NCBI GenBank assembly: GCA_963923735.1
Contig: CAWUMT010000001.1
Coordinates: 1 to 29,088, forward strand
Source of the DNA: an uncultured Acidimicrobiales bacterium
Lineage (GTDB): Bacteria; Actinomycetota; Acidimicrobiia; Acidimicrobiales; RAAP-2
Direction of reading: 5' to 3'
Length of the DNA: 29,088 nucleotides
In this document: one piece after another, positions 16,927-26,939 of the stretch
Layout: every line of letters begins with the position of its first letter
Position numbering within the stretch: the stretch's first letter is position 1
The notes under the pieces: model-generated
Told to the model about the DNA's origin: nothing
The model's database searches: none
What the model saw: only the letters and a program-made list of their open reading frames with translations
Made by a program: the position numbers and the translations under genes

Positions 16927-17684
16927 GCCGCACCCTCGTCGCCCTGCACGCGCACCCCGACGACGAGGCGCTCTTCACTGGAGCACGGCTCGCCCTTGCC
17001 GCACGGGACGCTCAGCGCACCGTGGTGATCTGTGTCACCGATGGCTCCTTGGGGTTCGACCCCGAAGGCCGGACCCCGCTCGAAGAGGGACACGACCGAG
17101 CCGCTACCGCACTCGTTCGCTCAAGCGAGCTCTGCGCCTCGTGCCGGGAACTCGGGGTGGACCGCCTCGTCGAGCTCGGGATCCCTGACTCGGGGATGGA
17201 GGGATGGGCATCGATGGCGAACCCTGTGGCCCTCTGCAACCTCGATCCCGAGGCCCTTGGCGCCCAGATTGCCGAGGTGCTCAAGGCGGAGGGTCCCGTG
17301 ACGATCCTGACCTATGCCGACGATGGTTTCTACGGCCATCCCGATCACGTGGCCGTCCACCGGGTGGCCCTGGCCACGGCCCGGCTGCTCCCCGACGCCG
17401 AGGTCGAGGCGGTGGTGATGACCCCCGAGGGGATCGACGCAGCCCTTGACGCAGCGAGGCGTGAGGGGGGCCTGTTGCCCGAATGGCTGGGACGGCGCCT
17501 CGTGGTGCCTCACGACGAGGCCGAGGTAGTGCACACGACGCACGGTGCCTCGGTGGCCTCGGCCAAGCAGCGAGCGGTGGCCTGTCATGAGAGCCAGCTG
17601 GACAACGCGGTCCTCGCCGCGATGGCCCCGGGCCTCTTTGCTGCGGTCTTCGGCACCGAGCGTTACGTCCGAGTGGACGTCTGA
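16923..17684 (+). CDS. PIG-L/LmbE family deacetylase (MshB/Mca-like)
   Basis: HAHPDDE, DSGM, YGHPDH and ACHESQ; ATG overlaps the transporter stop. Confidence 0.85.
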   Translation: MSRTLVALHAHPDDEALFTGARLALAARDAQRTVVICVTDGSLGFDPEGRTPLEEGHDRAATALVRSSELCASCRELGVDRLVELGIPDSGMEGWASMANPVALCNLDPEALGAQIAEVLKAEGPVTILTYADDGFYGHPDHVAVHRVALATARLLPDAEVEAVVMTPEGIDAALDAARREGGLLPEWLGRRLVVPHDEAEVVHTTHGASVASAKQRAVACHESQLDNAVLAAMAPGLFAAVFGTERYVRVDV

Positions 17685-17702
17685 GGCCTCTATCCTCTCG
17701 CC

Positions 17703-18569
17703 ATGGCCGAGGTCACTCCGACGATCCTGCTGGTGCACGCGCACCCTGACGATGAGGCCTCGACGACCGGGGGAACGATCGCCCGCTATGCCGCCGCCGG
17801 TGCGCGCGTGGTGCTGGTCACCTGCACCAACGGCGAGCTGGGGGACACTCCCGAGGGCCTCAAGCCCGAACACGACGATCACGACACGGCACTCGTGGCG
17901 GCCCACCGCCTGGCCGAGCTCGAGGAGTCCGTCCGGATCCTCGGGATCTCCCGCTCAGTGCTGCTCGGATATCACGACTCGGGGATGGAGGGTTGGGAGT
18001 ACAACGAGGACGTCCGATCCTTCTTCCTGACGCCACTGGCCGAGGCGGCGGCCAAGCTGGCCATCGTGCTTGAGGAGGAGCAGCCCGACGTCGTGATCAC
18101 CTATGACGAGAACGGCTTCTACGGTCACCCTGACCACATCAAGGCCAACCGAACCACCCATGCCGCGCTGAAGTTGTCCGGCCAGTCGCCGAAGCTCTAC
18201 TACGCCACTATCCCGCGCTCGGCGTTCGCCCAACTTGGCGAGGTCATGGCCCGTCACGGAATCGAGGCACCCGGTGGACCCGAGGGCGACGACACGCCGG
18301 CACCGACCATCGGGGCCTTCGACGATCAGGTCGCCGCCACCCTCGACGTGAGCGCGTTCACCTCGGCCAAGCGCGCCTCATTGGTGGCCCACGCCTCCCA
18401 GACGGCGCAGACCTTCTTCGTCCAGATCCCCGAGGAGGTCTTCGGGGAGATCTTCGCCACCGAGTTCTTCGAACGCGTGGACGCCGAATGGACCGAGGTC
18501 GAAGACGACCTGTTGACGGGGACGCGCTTCGACGGCTTCTTGGCCCGGGCGGAGGCCCGAGCCGACTGA
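17703..18569 (+). CDS. PIG-L/LmbE family deacetylase (MshB/Mca-like), second paralog
   Basis: HAHPDDE, CTNGELG, GYHDSGM, YGHPDHI and AHASQ. Confidence 0.9.
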   Translation: MAEVTPTILLVHAHPDDEASTTGGTIARYAAAGARVVLVTCTNGELGDTPEGLKPEHDDHDTALVAAHRLAELEESVRILGISRSVLLGYHDSGMEGWEYNEDVRSFFLTPLAEAAAKLAIVLEEEQPDVVITYDENGFYGHPDHIKANRTTHAALKLSGQSPKLYYATIPRSAFAQLGEVMARHGIEAPGGPEGDDTPAPTIGAFDDQVAATLDVSAFTSAKRASLVAHASQTAQTFFVQIPEEVFGEIFATEFFERVDAEWTEVEDDLLTGTRFDGFLARAEARAD

Positions 18570-18573
18570 AGGC

Positions 18574-20019
<1,446 letters not shown>

Positions 20020-20172
20020 CAGTGCTCCTCAGCTCGAAGGCCCAGTGGGGCCCAACGTGTTCGCGAATCCGGCGCCGACCTCTGTCCACTGCGCCGAGCC
20101 GAGTCTAGGAGTGTGGTCCCTCTTCGGTGCGGAGGCTCCCTCAGGCCGTGTCGTGCCCCTAGAGTTCCCTCG

Positions 20173-20979
20173 ATGCCAGATCGCGCTTTCGCCGGAGATG
20201 AGTTCTCAGCCGTCCGCTGGCACGCCAACCTGCCGGAGTGGTGGGACGAGCACTTCGTCGACGCTGTCGACGGGGTCGTTGCGTTCCTCGCGCCCGAAGG
20301 CACCTCGGTGGCCGGAGCCGAGATCCTCGACGTGGGGTGTGGAGACGGGATCATTTCGCTGGGCCTGCTGCGACGGGCCAATGCAGCACGGGTGGTCGGT
20401 TGCGATCTCTTCGAGGTGGACCGAGCTTTCCTGACGGAGAAGTGCATCGAACACGGTGAAGCCCCAATCGGAGACGAGGAAGCGATCAGCTTCGCCGTCT
20501 CTGAGCCTGTTGCGCTTCCCTTCGAGGACCGGTCGTTCGACCTGGTCACCGCGTGGTCGGTCTTCGAGCATGTCTCAGACCCCCGACCCCTTCTCCGTGA
20601 GGCCCACCGGGTCCTTCGGCCCGAGGGGGTCGTGTTCATCCAGATCTGGCCGATGTGGAACTCCGAGCACGGATCTCACTTGTGGACCTGGTTCGACGAA
20701 CCGTTCCAACACCTGCTCAAGAGCCCTGCGGAGATCCGCGACCATCTGGCCGCCGTGATCCCCGAAGAGGACCTGGCCTCCGCGATGTTCGATCTGTATC
20801 GCTCGTGCAATCACATCTCGATCGACGAGCTCCAGATGGCGATCATCGATGCGGGCCTCTTCATCTGCAAGGTCGAGGTCGTCTCCTCGAGCTTCCATCT
20901 GCCGCCCGAGCTGCAGCGCACGCCTCTGTCGAAGCTCGCACCCGCTGGCATCACGATCATGGCCAAGCGCCAGGGTTGA
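20173..20979 (+). CDS. Class I SAM-dependent methyltransferase
   Basis: Motif I ILDVGCGDG, LPFEDRSFDLV, FEHV and LRPEG; start inferred from TAGAGT -10 located 7 nt before ATG 20173. Confidence 0.85.
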   Translation: MPDRAFAGDEFSAVRWHANLPEWWDEHFVDAVDGVVAFLAPEGTSVAGAEILDVGCGDGIISLGLLRRANAARVVGCDLFEVDRAFLTEKCIEHGEAPIGDEEAISFAVSEPVALPFEDRSFDLVTAWSVFEHVSDPRPLLREAHRVLRPEGVVFIQIWPMWNSEHGSHLWTWFDEPFQHLLKSPAEIRDHLAAVIPEEDLASAMFDLYRSCNHISIDELQMAIIDAGLFICKVEVVSSSFHLPPELQRTPLSKLAPAGITIMAKRQG

Positions 20980-20982
20980 CCC

Positions 20983-22062
20983 TCAGACGTTGAAGCGGAA
21001 CTCCACGACGTCGCCGTCGGCCATCACGTAGTCCTTGCCCTCGAGGCGGACCTTTCCTGCCGCGCGCGCATTGGCCACGGAGCCGGCTTCGATCAGATCG
21101 GCGAACGAGATCACCTCGGCCTTGATGAAGCCGCGTTCGAAGTCTGTGTGGATGACGCCGGCGGCCTTGGGCGCGGTGTCGCCACGGTGGATGGTCCAGG
21201 CACGCGACTCCTTCGGACCTGCCGTCAGGTAGGTCTGGAGCCCCAGGGTCTCGAATCCCAGTTGGATCAGGCGGTTCAAGCCGGGTTCGGAGAGGCCGTA
21301 GGAGCCGAGCATGTCGGCGAGGTCCTCGCCCTCGAGGCCGACCAGCTCGGATTCGAGCTGTGCACAGAGCACGAGCGAGGGGGCGGGGGCCACCAAGGAG
21401 GCGAGCTCCGCGTGGCGTGCGGTGTCCTCGAGGCCGGCCTCATCGACGTTGAAGACGTAGAGGAACGGCTTGGCACTCAGCAGGTGTAGGTCACGCAACT
21501 GCTCGACGTCCAAGGAGCCAGCGGCCGAGGAGATCGTCCGTCCCTCGTTGAGCACGACGCGTGCCGCCTGGACCGCCTTGAGCTGGTCCGCCAGCTCGGG
21601 GTCCCGCTTGGCTTCCTTCTCGAGCTTTGGGAGCCGATTGTCGATGGTCTGGAGGTCGGCGAGGATCAGCTCGGTGTTGATGGTCTCGATGTCCGCAGCG
21701 GGATCGACGGTGCCCTCGACGTGGATGACGTCTTCGTCGACGAACGCTCGGACCACCTGGCAGATCGCATCTGACTCGCGGATCGCAGCGAGGAACTGAT
21801 TGCCCAGTCCTTCTCCTTCGGAGGCGCCGCGCACGATGCCGGCGATGTCCACGAAGGTCACTGCGGCGGGAAGGATCCGCTCTGAGCCGTAGATCTCCGC
21901 CAACTGGGCGAGCCGAGGGTCGGGGACCGAGACCACGCCGACGTTGGGCTCGATGGTGGCGAAGGGGTAGTTGGCCGCCAGGACGTCGTTCTGGGTGAGT
22001 GCGTTGAACAGGGTGGACTTGCCCACATTGGGAAGGCCCACGATGCCGATGGAGAGACCCAC
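20983..22062 (-). CDS. ychF: Redox-regulated ATPase YchF (Obg family)
   Basis: [51 protein letters not shown] and C-terminal EFRFNV; GTG start with AAGGAG SD. Confidence 0.97.
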   Translation of the reverse strand: MGLSIGIVGLPNVGKSTLFNALTQNDVLAANYPFATIEPNVGVVSVPDPRLAQLAEIYGSERILPAAVTFVDIAGIVRGASEGEGLGNQFLAAIRESDAICQVVRAFVDEDVIHVEGTVDPAADIETINTELILADLQTIDNRLPKLEKEAKRDPELADQLKAVQAARVVLNEGRTISSAAGSLDVEQLRDLHLLSAKPFLYVFNVDEAGLEDTARHAELASLVAPAPSLVLCAQLESELVGLEGEDLADMLGSYGLSEPGLNRLIQLGFETLGLQTYLTAGPKESRAWTIHRGDTAPKAAGVIHTDFERGFIKAEVISFADLIEAGSVANARAAGKVRLEGKDYVMADGDVVEFRFNV

Positions 22063-22121
22063 GAATGCTCCTTGGTCGCCGGGGATCTCCGAGGCTACGG
22101 CCCACCGGCCAGAAATCCAAG

Positions 22122-22148
22122 ATGAGAGGGCTCTCATCTGAGTCTCAT
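22122..22148 (+). promoter_or_regulatory. Putative OmpR-family operator
   Basis: TCTCAT-N5-TCTCAT (22132-22137 and 22143-22148); the first copy is also half of the palindrome GATGAGAG-GG-CTCTCATC; CACTAT -10 at 22170-22175. Confidence 0.5.
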
Positions 22149-22195
22149 AGAGCCTTCAGAGCCCGAAACCACTATGGATCCTGCAAGGAGGAATG

Positions 22196-22642
22196 ATGCG
22201 AGGCGCATTCAACTGGATCATTGGGCTCATCGCCGCAGCGGTGCTGACGGGCGGAGCGGTGTCACTGGCCGCCACGGCCATGCCCACGTCAGAGGCCACG
22301 GGGTCGACCGGGTCGCTGCAGGCCCAACTCAACGCTCTGAACGCCCAGCGGGCAGGACTTGACGCGCAACTCGCGCAACGATCTGGGTCCACGCCCACCA
22401 CCTCAGGTTCCTCCGGTCGGGCCAGTACCCCGACGACCGTCAGCGGAACGTCGCGGACCTCAACCCAGGCTCCGAGCACACACACCACCCAGACCACGTC
22501 GGCTCCTAACACGGTGCCCTCGACCGTCCCCCCGACAACGGTCCCGGTGACGACTCCAAGCACCACGCCGACGACGCCGCCGTCATGGGGCGACGACGAC
22601 CACGGATCCTCCGACGAGCACGAGGGTGGCCACGATGACTAG
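22196..22642 (+). CDS. Exported low-complexity protein 1 (signal/TM, coiled coil, Thr/Ser/Pro stalk, Asp/His tail)
   Basis: SD AAGGAGG; hydrophobic N-terminus; LQAQLNALNAQRAGLDAQLAQ; tail WGDDDHGSSDEHEGGHDD. Confidence 0.75.
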   Translation: MRGAFNWIIGLIAAAVLTGGAVSLAATAMPTSEATGSTGSLQAQLNALNAQRAGLDAQLAQRSGSTPTTSGSSGRASTPTTVSGTSRTSTQAPSTHTTQTTSAPNTVPSTVPPTTVPVTTPSTTPTTPPSWGDDDHGSSDEHEGGHDD

Positions 22643-23096
22643 GGCTCGTCGCCATCGCAGCACCGCAGCGGGCACTGTGGTGGCCGCCACCGCAGGGGTC
22701 ACGATCGCCGCCCTTACGGTGGCCGGTGTGGGGGCAGCACGAACCGCCCCTAGCTCCCCCTCGTCGAGCAACGACCAGACGGCGTCACTGCGTCAGCAGA
22801 TCAGTGACGCACAGGCTCAGATCGCGCAGCGCCAAGCACAGTTGGCGCAGGGTGGGGCGGCCTCGACCACGACGCCGAGCGCCACGGGTTCAGTTGCACC
22901 CCAAGGCGGGGGAGCGAGCGCTGCTCCCACCACCTCAGGCGGTGGATCGAGTTGGACGCCGACCACCTCAGGAGGCATCTCCTCAGGCGGATCGAGCACG
23001 CCGGCACCCGTGGTCACGCCCACGACGGTCCCGGCACCCACGCCGGTGCCAACCACCGTTCCTGCGCCCAAGCCCCCGGTCACAGGTGGGTCGTGA
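22635..23096 (+). CDS. Exported low-complexity protein 2 (signal/TM, coiled coil, Ser/Thr/Gly/Pro stalk ending VTGGS)
   Basis: MTRARRHR followed by a hydrophobic stretch; LRQQISDAQAQIAQRQAQLAQ; overlaps the stop of gene 1. Confidence 0.72.
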   Translation: MTRARRHRSTAAGTVVAATAGVTIAALTVAGVGAARTAPSSPSSSNDQTASLRQQISDAQAQIAQRQAQLAQGGAASTTTPSATGSVAPQGGGASAAPTTSGGGSSWTPTTSGGISSGGSSTPAPVVTPTTVPAPTPVPTTVPAPKPPVTGGS

Positions 23097-23143
23097 GCGG
23101 ACTCCAGGCACCTCAGCGAGGCGCAACCCCTGAGGGAGGTCCC

Positions 23144-23668
23144 ATGGGGCACGATGGAGGGGTGAGCCCGACCCGCCTCTCGACGACCCTCTCCAAGGCG
23201 CCACTCTGGTTGGTGGGCGTCGCCGCAACCTTCCTCGCTGTCGGCATCTACGCCTTGGCCGCCACGGCATCAACGGAGCCGAGTTCAAACCTTCCTGGCA
23301 CCGTCTCGGTGGGCGGAAGTCCCACGGGAGCGGCGTCTCCGGGAACAACGCAGCCAGGGTCGAGCCCGGAGGTCACCTCCGGTCCGAACCCAAAGGTCGG
23401 TTCTGGCTCGTCGGGAACGAAGCCCGCCACGAAGCCATCATCCTCAAGCGGCACGACCCTTCCGCGGTCCAGCTCGCCCACGACGACCGCACCGAGCACA
23501 CAACTGGTCACGCCCAACAAGCCCGTGGTCACCGAAGGTGAGGATGGAAGCACCCAGGTGATCGTGCCTCCGACGACGAATCCGGACGATGACCACCAGG
23601 GTGACTCGGGCCATGAGGGCAGCGGACACCACGGCGATTCGACTCCTTCTTCCAGCCACGAGCGCTGA
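23144..23668 (+). CDS. Membrane-anchored/exported low-complexity protein 3 with Asp/His tail
   Basis: TM LWLVGVAATFLAVGIYALAA, Ser/Thr/Pro/Gly stalk, tail DDDHQGDSGHEGSGHHGDS. Start at ATG 23144 (GGAGG SD) or GTG 23093 (overlapping the previous stop). Confidence 0.68.
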   Translation: MGHDGGVSPTRLSTTLSKAPLWLVGVAATFLAVGIYALAATASTEPSSNLPGTVSVGGSPTGAASPGTTQPGSSPEVTSGPNPKVGSGSSGTKPATKPSSSSGTTLPRSSSPTTTAPSTQLVTPNKPVVTEGEDGSTQVIVPPTTNPDDDHQGDSGHEGSGHHGDSTPSSSHER

Positions 23669-23670
23669 AC

Positions 23671-25131
23671 ATGGCGAACTCCCCGCGACGCCCGCGTCGC
23701 GTCGGCACTGCGTTGCGACTGAGCGCCTTCCTCGGTGCGCTCTTGGTCGTGGTGATGGCGGCCTCCACCTGGGTGACGTGGCACTCGTTGCAGACGCGTA
23801 GCACCGCACAGGCCACCAACAACATGTCCGCAGCGGTGGCGGACTACTCGAAGGCAGCGGCGTCGACTACGAACCCTGCTGAGGGGTTCACGGTGAGCTA
23901 CCTCTCCACCACCGTCCTCCCGGCCGGGGAGGAGCTGATCGTTGATCTCCGCGGGTCACAGCGCTACGCCTCGGCAGGTGCGACCGCACTGCTCAAGAAC
24001 CCGCAGATCACCGCTCTGTTGGAGACCCCCCCTGCTTCGTCAAGCGTCGCGTCGGTCAAGAGCGGGGGCATCGACGTGCTCACCCTTCGGGCACCGATCG
24101 TCGAGTCGAACCAGACCATCGGACAGGTGATGGCCGTCTACGACATGTCCGCCGCCGCCGCAGACCAGCGCTCCATGTTGCAGTTGGCGATCGTGGGCGC
24201 GGCCATTGCCTTCATCGCTGCGGTGCTTGGCGCCTATCTCCTCCTTCGCCGGCTGCTTGGCACGGTTGGGCGGATCACGACCACGGCTCGCACGATCGAA
24301 GAGGGCGACCTCGACCGTCGACTCGGAGACCAGGGCACCGATGACGAGGTGGGGGAGCTTGCGGCCACCTTCGACTCGATGCTCGACCGCATCGATGAGG
24401 TGCTTGCCATGCAGCGCCGCCTTCTCGCGGACGTGTCACACCAGCTCAAGACTCCACTCACCGTGATCCGGGGGCATCTCGAGGTCTTGTCTCGAACCGA
24501 TCTCAAGGATCCTGAGGAGATCGCGGAGACCCTCACACTCCTCCTCGGTGAGGTCGAACACATGCGCAAGCTGATCGAACAGCTGCTCCTCCTCGGCCGA
24601 TCGCTTGAACGAGACTTCCTCAAGATCCAACCAGTCGACCTTCGATCCTTCATGGCCGATCTCGCTGGTGCGACCTCGGTGCTCGGCTCAAGGAACGTCT
24701 CACTGGGTCAGGTCGACGACCTCGTGGTCGAGGTCGACGAGTCCAAGCTGCGCGGCGCACTGCTGAACCTCCTGGACAATGCCGTCAAGGCAACCGAGGA
24801 AGGCGATCGCATCGAGCTCGACGCGCGCGTACGGGCCGACACCGGTGAATTGGCATTGACGGTGGGGGACTCGGGCCCTGGCATCCCCCTTGAGCAGCGA
24901 GAGTTGGTGCTGACCCGATTCGGTCGACCCGACAGCTCGGTGCGTGACGGCACGGGCCTCGGGCTCTCGATCGTCGGCGCCGTGGCTGAAGCCCACGGGG
25001 GGCGCATCGAGATCGGCGTCTCCCACCTCGGCGGGCTCGCGGCAACCGTGCTGCTGCCGCCTGCCGTGATCGAACAACCCACACGAGCGCTGCGCGCGCC
25101 CCACGTCAAGGAAGAGGAGCACAGCCGATGA
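23671..25131 (+). CDS. Sensor histidine kinase (2 TM, HAMP, HisKA, HATPase_c)
   Basis: H-box DVSHQLKTP, N-box NLLDNAVK, G1 DSGPGI, G2 GTGLGLSI and HAMP DEVGELAATFDSM. Confidence 0.95.
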   Translation: MANSPRRPRRVGTALRLSAFLGALLVVVMAASTWVTWHSLQTRSTAQATNNMSAAVADYSKAAASTTNPAEGFTVSYLSTTVLPAGEELIVDLRGSQRYASAGATALLKNPQITALLETPPASSSVASVKSGGIDVLTLRAPIVESNQTIGQVMAVYDMSAAAADQRSMLQLAIVGAAIAFIAAVLGAYLLLRRLLGTVGRITTTARTIEEGDLDRRLGDQGTDDEVGELAATFDSMLDRIDEVLAMQRRLLADVSHQLKTPLTVIRGHLEVLSRTDLKDPEEIAETLTLLLGEVEHMRKLIEQLLLLGRSLERDFLKIQPVDLRSFMADLAGATSVLGSRNVSLGQVDDLVVEVDESKLRGALLNLLDNAVKATEEGDRIELDARVRADTGELALTVGDSGPGIPLEQRELVLTRFGRPDSSVRDGTGLGLSIVGAVAEAHGGRIEIGVSHLGGLAATVLLPPAVIEQPTRALRAPHVKEEEHSR

Positions 25132-25802
25132 AGATCCTCATTGTCGAAGACGACCCGGGTATCTCGTCCTTCCTCGAGAAGGGCCTGCGCGCCGAGGGCT
25201 ATCAGTCGATGGTGGCCGGAACGGTGGAGGCGGCCCGTGCCGAGCTCGCCATCGAGGACGACCTCGACCTGGTCCTCCTGGATCTGGGCCTACCCGACGC
25301 CGACGGGTCCACCCTCTTGGAATCCATGAGGCTCTCGGGCGATCAGACACCCGTCATCGTGCTCACCGCCCGTGGCGAGGTGGCCGACCGGGTGGCGGGT
25401 CTGAATCGGGGGGCCAACGATTACGTGGCAAAGCCCTTCGCTTTCGAAGAGCTCCTGGCGCGGATCCGTGCCGTGCTGCGCACTGCGGAGCAGCCGAGCA
25501 CGACCGAGCTGGTCCATGGTGACTTGCGGTTCGACGTGCTCTCGAAGATCGCCACGCGCAACGGACGGCGCATCGAACTCTCCCAGCGCGAGTGGACGCT
25601 GCTCGAGCTGTTTCTTCGTCATCCAGGACAGGTCCTCTCGAGAACCCAGATCCTCTCGGCGGTCTGGGACTACTCCTTCGACCCGGGCTCCAACGTGGTC
25701 GATGTCTACATCGGTTACCTGCGCCGAAAGCTGGACGAGCCGGGTCAGACCTCACTGATACAGACCGTCCGCGGGGCGGGCTATCGGTTCGTGGCCTCCT
25801 GA
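25128..25802 (+). CDS. OmpR/PhoB family response regulator
   Basis: KILIVEDD, LLDLGLP, VLTARG, DYVAKPF and winged helix NVVDVYIGYLRRKL...TVRGAGY. Confidence 0.97.
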   Translation: MKILIVEDDPGISSFLEKGLRAEGYQSMVAGTVEAARAELAIEDDLDLVLLDLGLPDADGSTLLESMRLSGDQTPVIVLTARGEVADRVAGLNRGANDYVAKPFAFEELLARIRAVLRTAEQPSTTELVHGDLRFDVLSKIATRNGRRIELSQREWTLLELFLRHPGQVLSRTQILSAVWDYSFDPGSNVVDVYIGYLRRKLDEPGQTSLIQTVRGAGYRFVAS

Positions 25803-25857
25803 GGTCCACCGTTAGGCTCAGGGGTCCGATCCGTCGCCCCGTTCCCTGAGGAGTCCC

Positions 25858-26691
25858 ATGCGTCTGGCCAACCTTGACGGCCGCTCCACCATCGTCCTGC
25901 CCGAGGGTGGGCTCGACGTCGCGCACGCCACTGATGGCGCGTTCTCCTCGGATCCTCTCGAAGCAATCGAACGGATCGACGAGCTCGTCGCCCTGGCCCC
26001 CTCGCTCGATGGCCCGCTCCAGATGCTCACCCAAGGGCTCCTGAGGGCCCCGTCCCCTCGCCCTGCCCAGATGATGGCCATCGGGATGAACTTCCACTCC
26101 CACGCTGCCGAGATGGGCCTTGAGGTCTCCAAGATCCCTGCGGTGTTCACCAAGTTCCGCTCGGCCCTCGGTCGACCCTTTGGTGAGATCGTCCTTGCCT
26201 CTGAGACGGTCGACTACGAGGTCGAGCTCGTGGTGATCATCAAGAAGCACACCTTCAAGGTTGCCGCCGAGAATGCCTGGGATCACGTGGCTGGGCTCTG
26301 CGTCGGCCAGGACCTCTCTGACCGGGCGGTGCAGATGGGTGCGGGCCGGCAGTTCTCCTTGGGGAAGTCCTACCCGGGCTTCGCTCCCTTCGGGCCGTGG
26401 ATCTCCACCCTCGATGAATTCGCCGATCCCAACGACGTGCGCATCGCCTGCAGCGTCGACGGGGTCACCGTCCAAGATGCCCGCACCACCGACATGGTCT
26501 TCCCGATCCCCGAGGCGCTCGCTCAGATCAGCGCGGTCATCGAGCTGTACCCCGGCGACGTGCTCTACACGGGCTCGCCCGCCGGAGCGGGCCAAGGCCA
26601 CACGCCGCCTCGCTATCTCCAGCCCGGCCAAGAGCTCGTCACCTGGGCCGAGTCCATTGGCGAGATGAGCCACCAACTCGTCTCAGGCTGA
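25858..26691 (+). CDS. Fumarylacetoacetate hydrolase family protein
   Basis: IGMNFHSH, FTKF, DYEVEL, QDLSDR, GKSYPGF and YTGSPAG; SD GAGGAG. Confidence 0.92.
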   Translation: MRLANLDGRSTIVLPEGGLDVAHATDGAFSSDPLEAIERIDELVALAPSLDGPLQMLTQGLLRAPSPRPAQMMAIGMNFHSHAAEMGLEVSKIPAVFTKFRSALGRPFGEIVLASETVDYEVELVVIIKKHTFKVAAENAWDHVAGLCVGQDLSDRAVQMGAGRQFSLGKSYPGFAPFGPWISTLDEFADPNDVRIACSVDGVTVQDARTTDMVFPIPEALAQISAVIELYPGDVLYTGSPAGAGQGHTPPRYLQPGQELVTWAESIGEMSHQLVSG

Positions 26692-26749
26692 ACCTCGACC
26701 AAAGAAACGAATCAAGGCCCGTGCTAGGTTCGGCCTCGAACACCACCAT

Positions 26750-26878
26750 GCGACCTTGAGGGGAAGCCGGTCAAAGTCCGGCACTGGTCCGCAACCGTAG
26801 GCAGCACGAGTCATCGTGCAGCGAGTCGGGATACCTCAGGGACGCCCAAACCACCTGCAGCGTCGAGACACGCGGGCG
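26750..26878 (+). ncRNA. Cobalamin riboswitch (compact form)
   Basis: GGGAA-GCCGG-TCAAAGT-CCGGC-ACTGGTCCGCAACCGTA ... GAGTCGGGATACC; closing stem CCTTGAG/CTCAGGG; downstream GCGT-CGAGAC-ACGC hairpin; TAGGTT -10 at 26726-26731. Confidence 0.9.
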
Positions 26879-26911
26879 GGGCTCGACAAAGCCTCACGGA
26901 CAGAGGCCCCG

Positions 26912-26938
26912 GGTTCCTCCCAAGCAGTAGGAGGAACC
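26912..26938 (+). promoter_or_regulatory. SD-sequestering hairpin of the riboswitch expression platform
   Basis: Perfect 9-bp stem GGTTCCTCC/GGAGGAACC that contains the SD, ending 1 nt before ATG 26940. Confidence 0.75.
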
Positions 26939-26939
26939 A

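Noticed and set aside
20020-20150. SAH/SAM riboswitch upstream of ahcY (CTGAG...AGACTCGG on the minus strand)
   Set aside because: The resemblance is weak and straddles the probable -10 (TAGACT 20107-20102), so most of it would not be transcribed. The pseudoknot strand does not match well.
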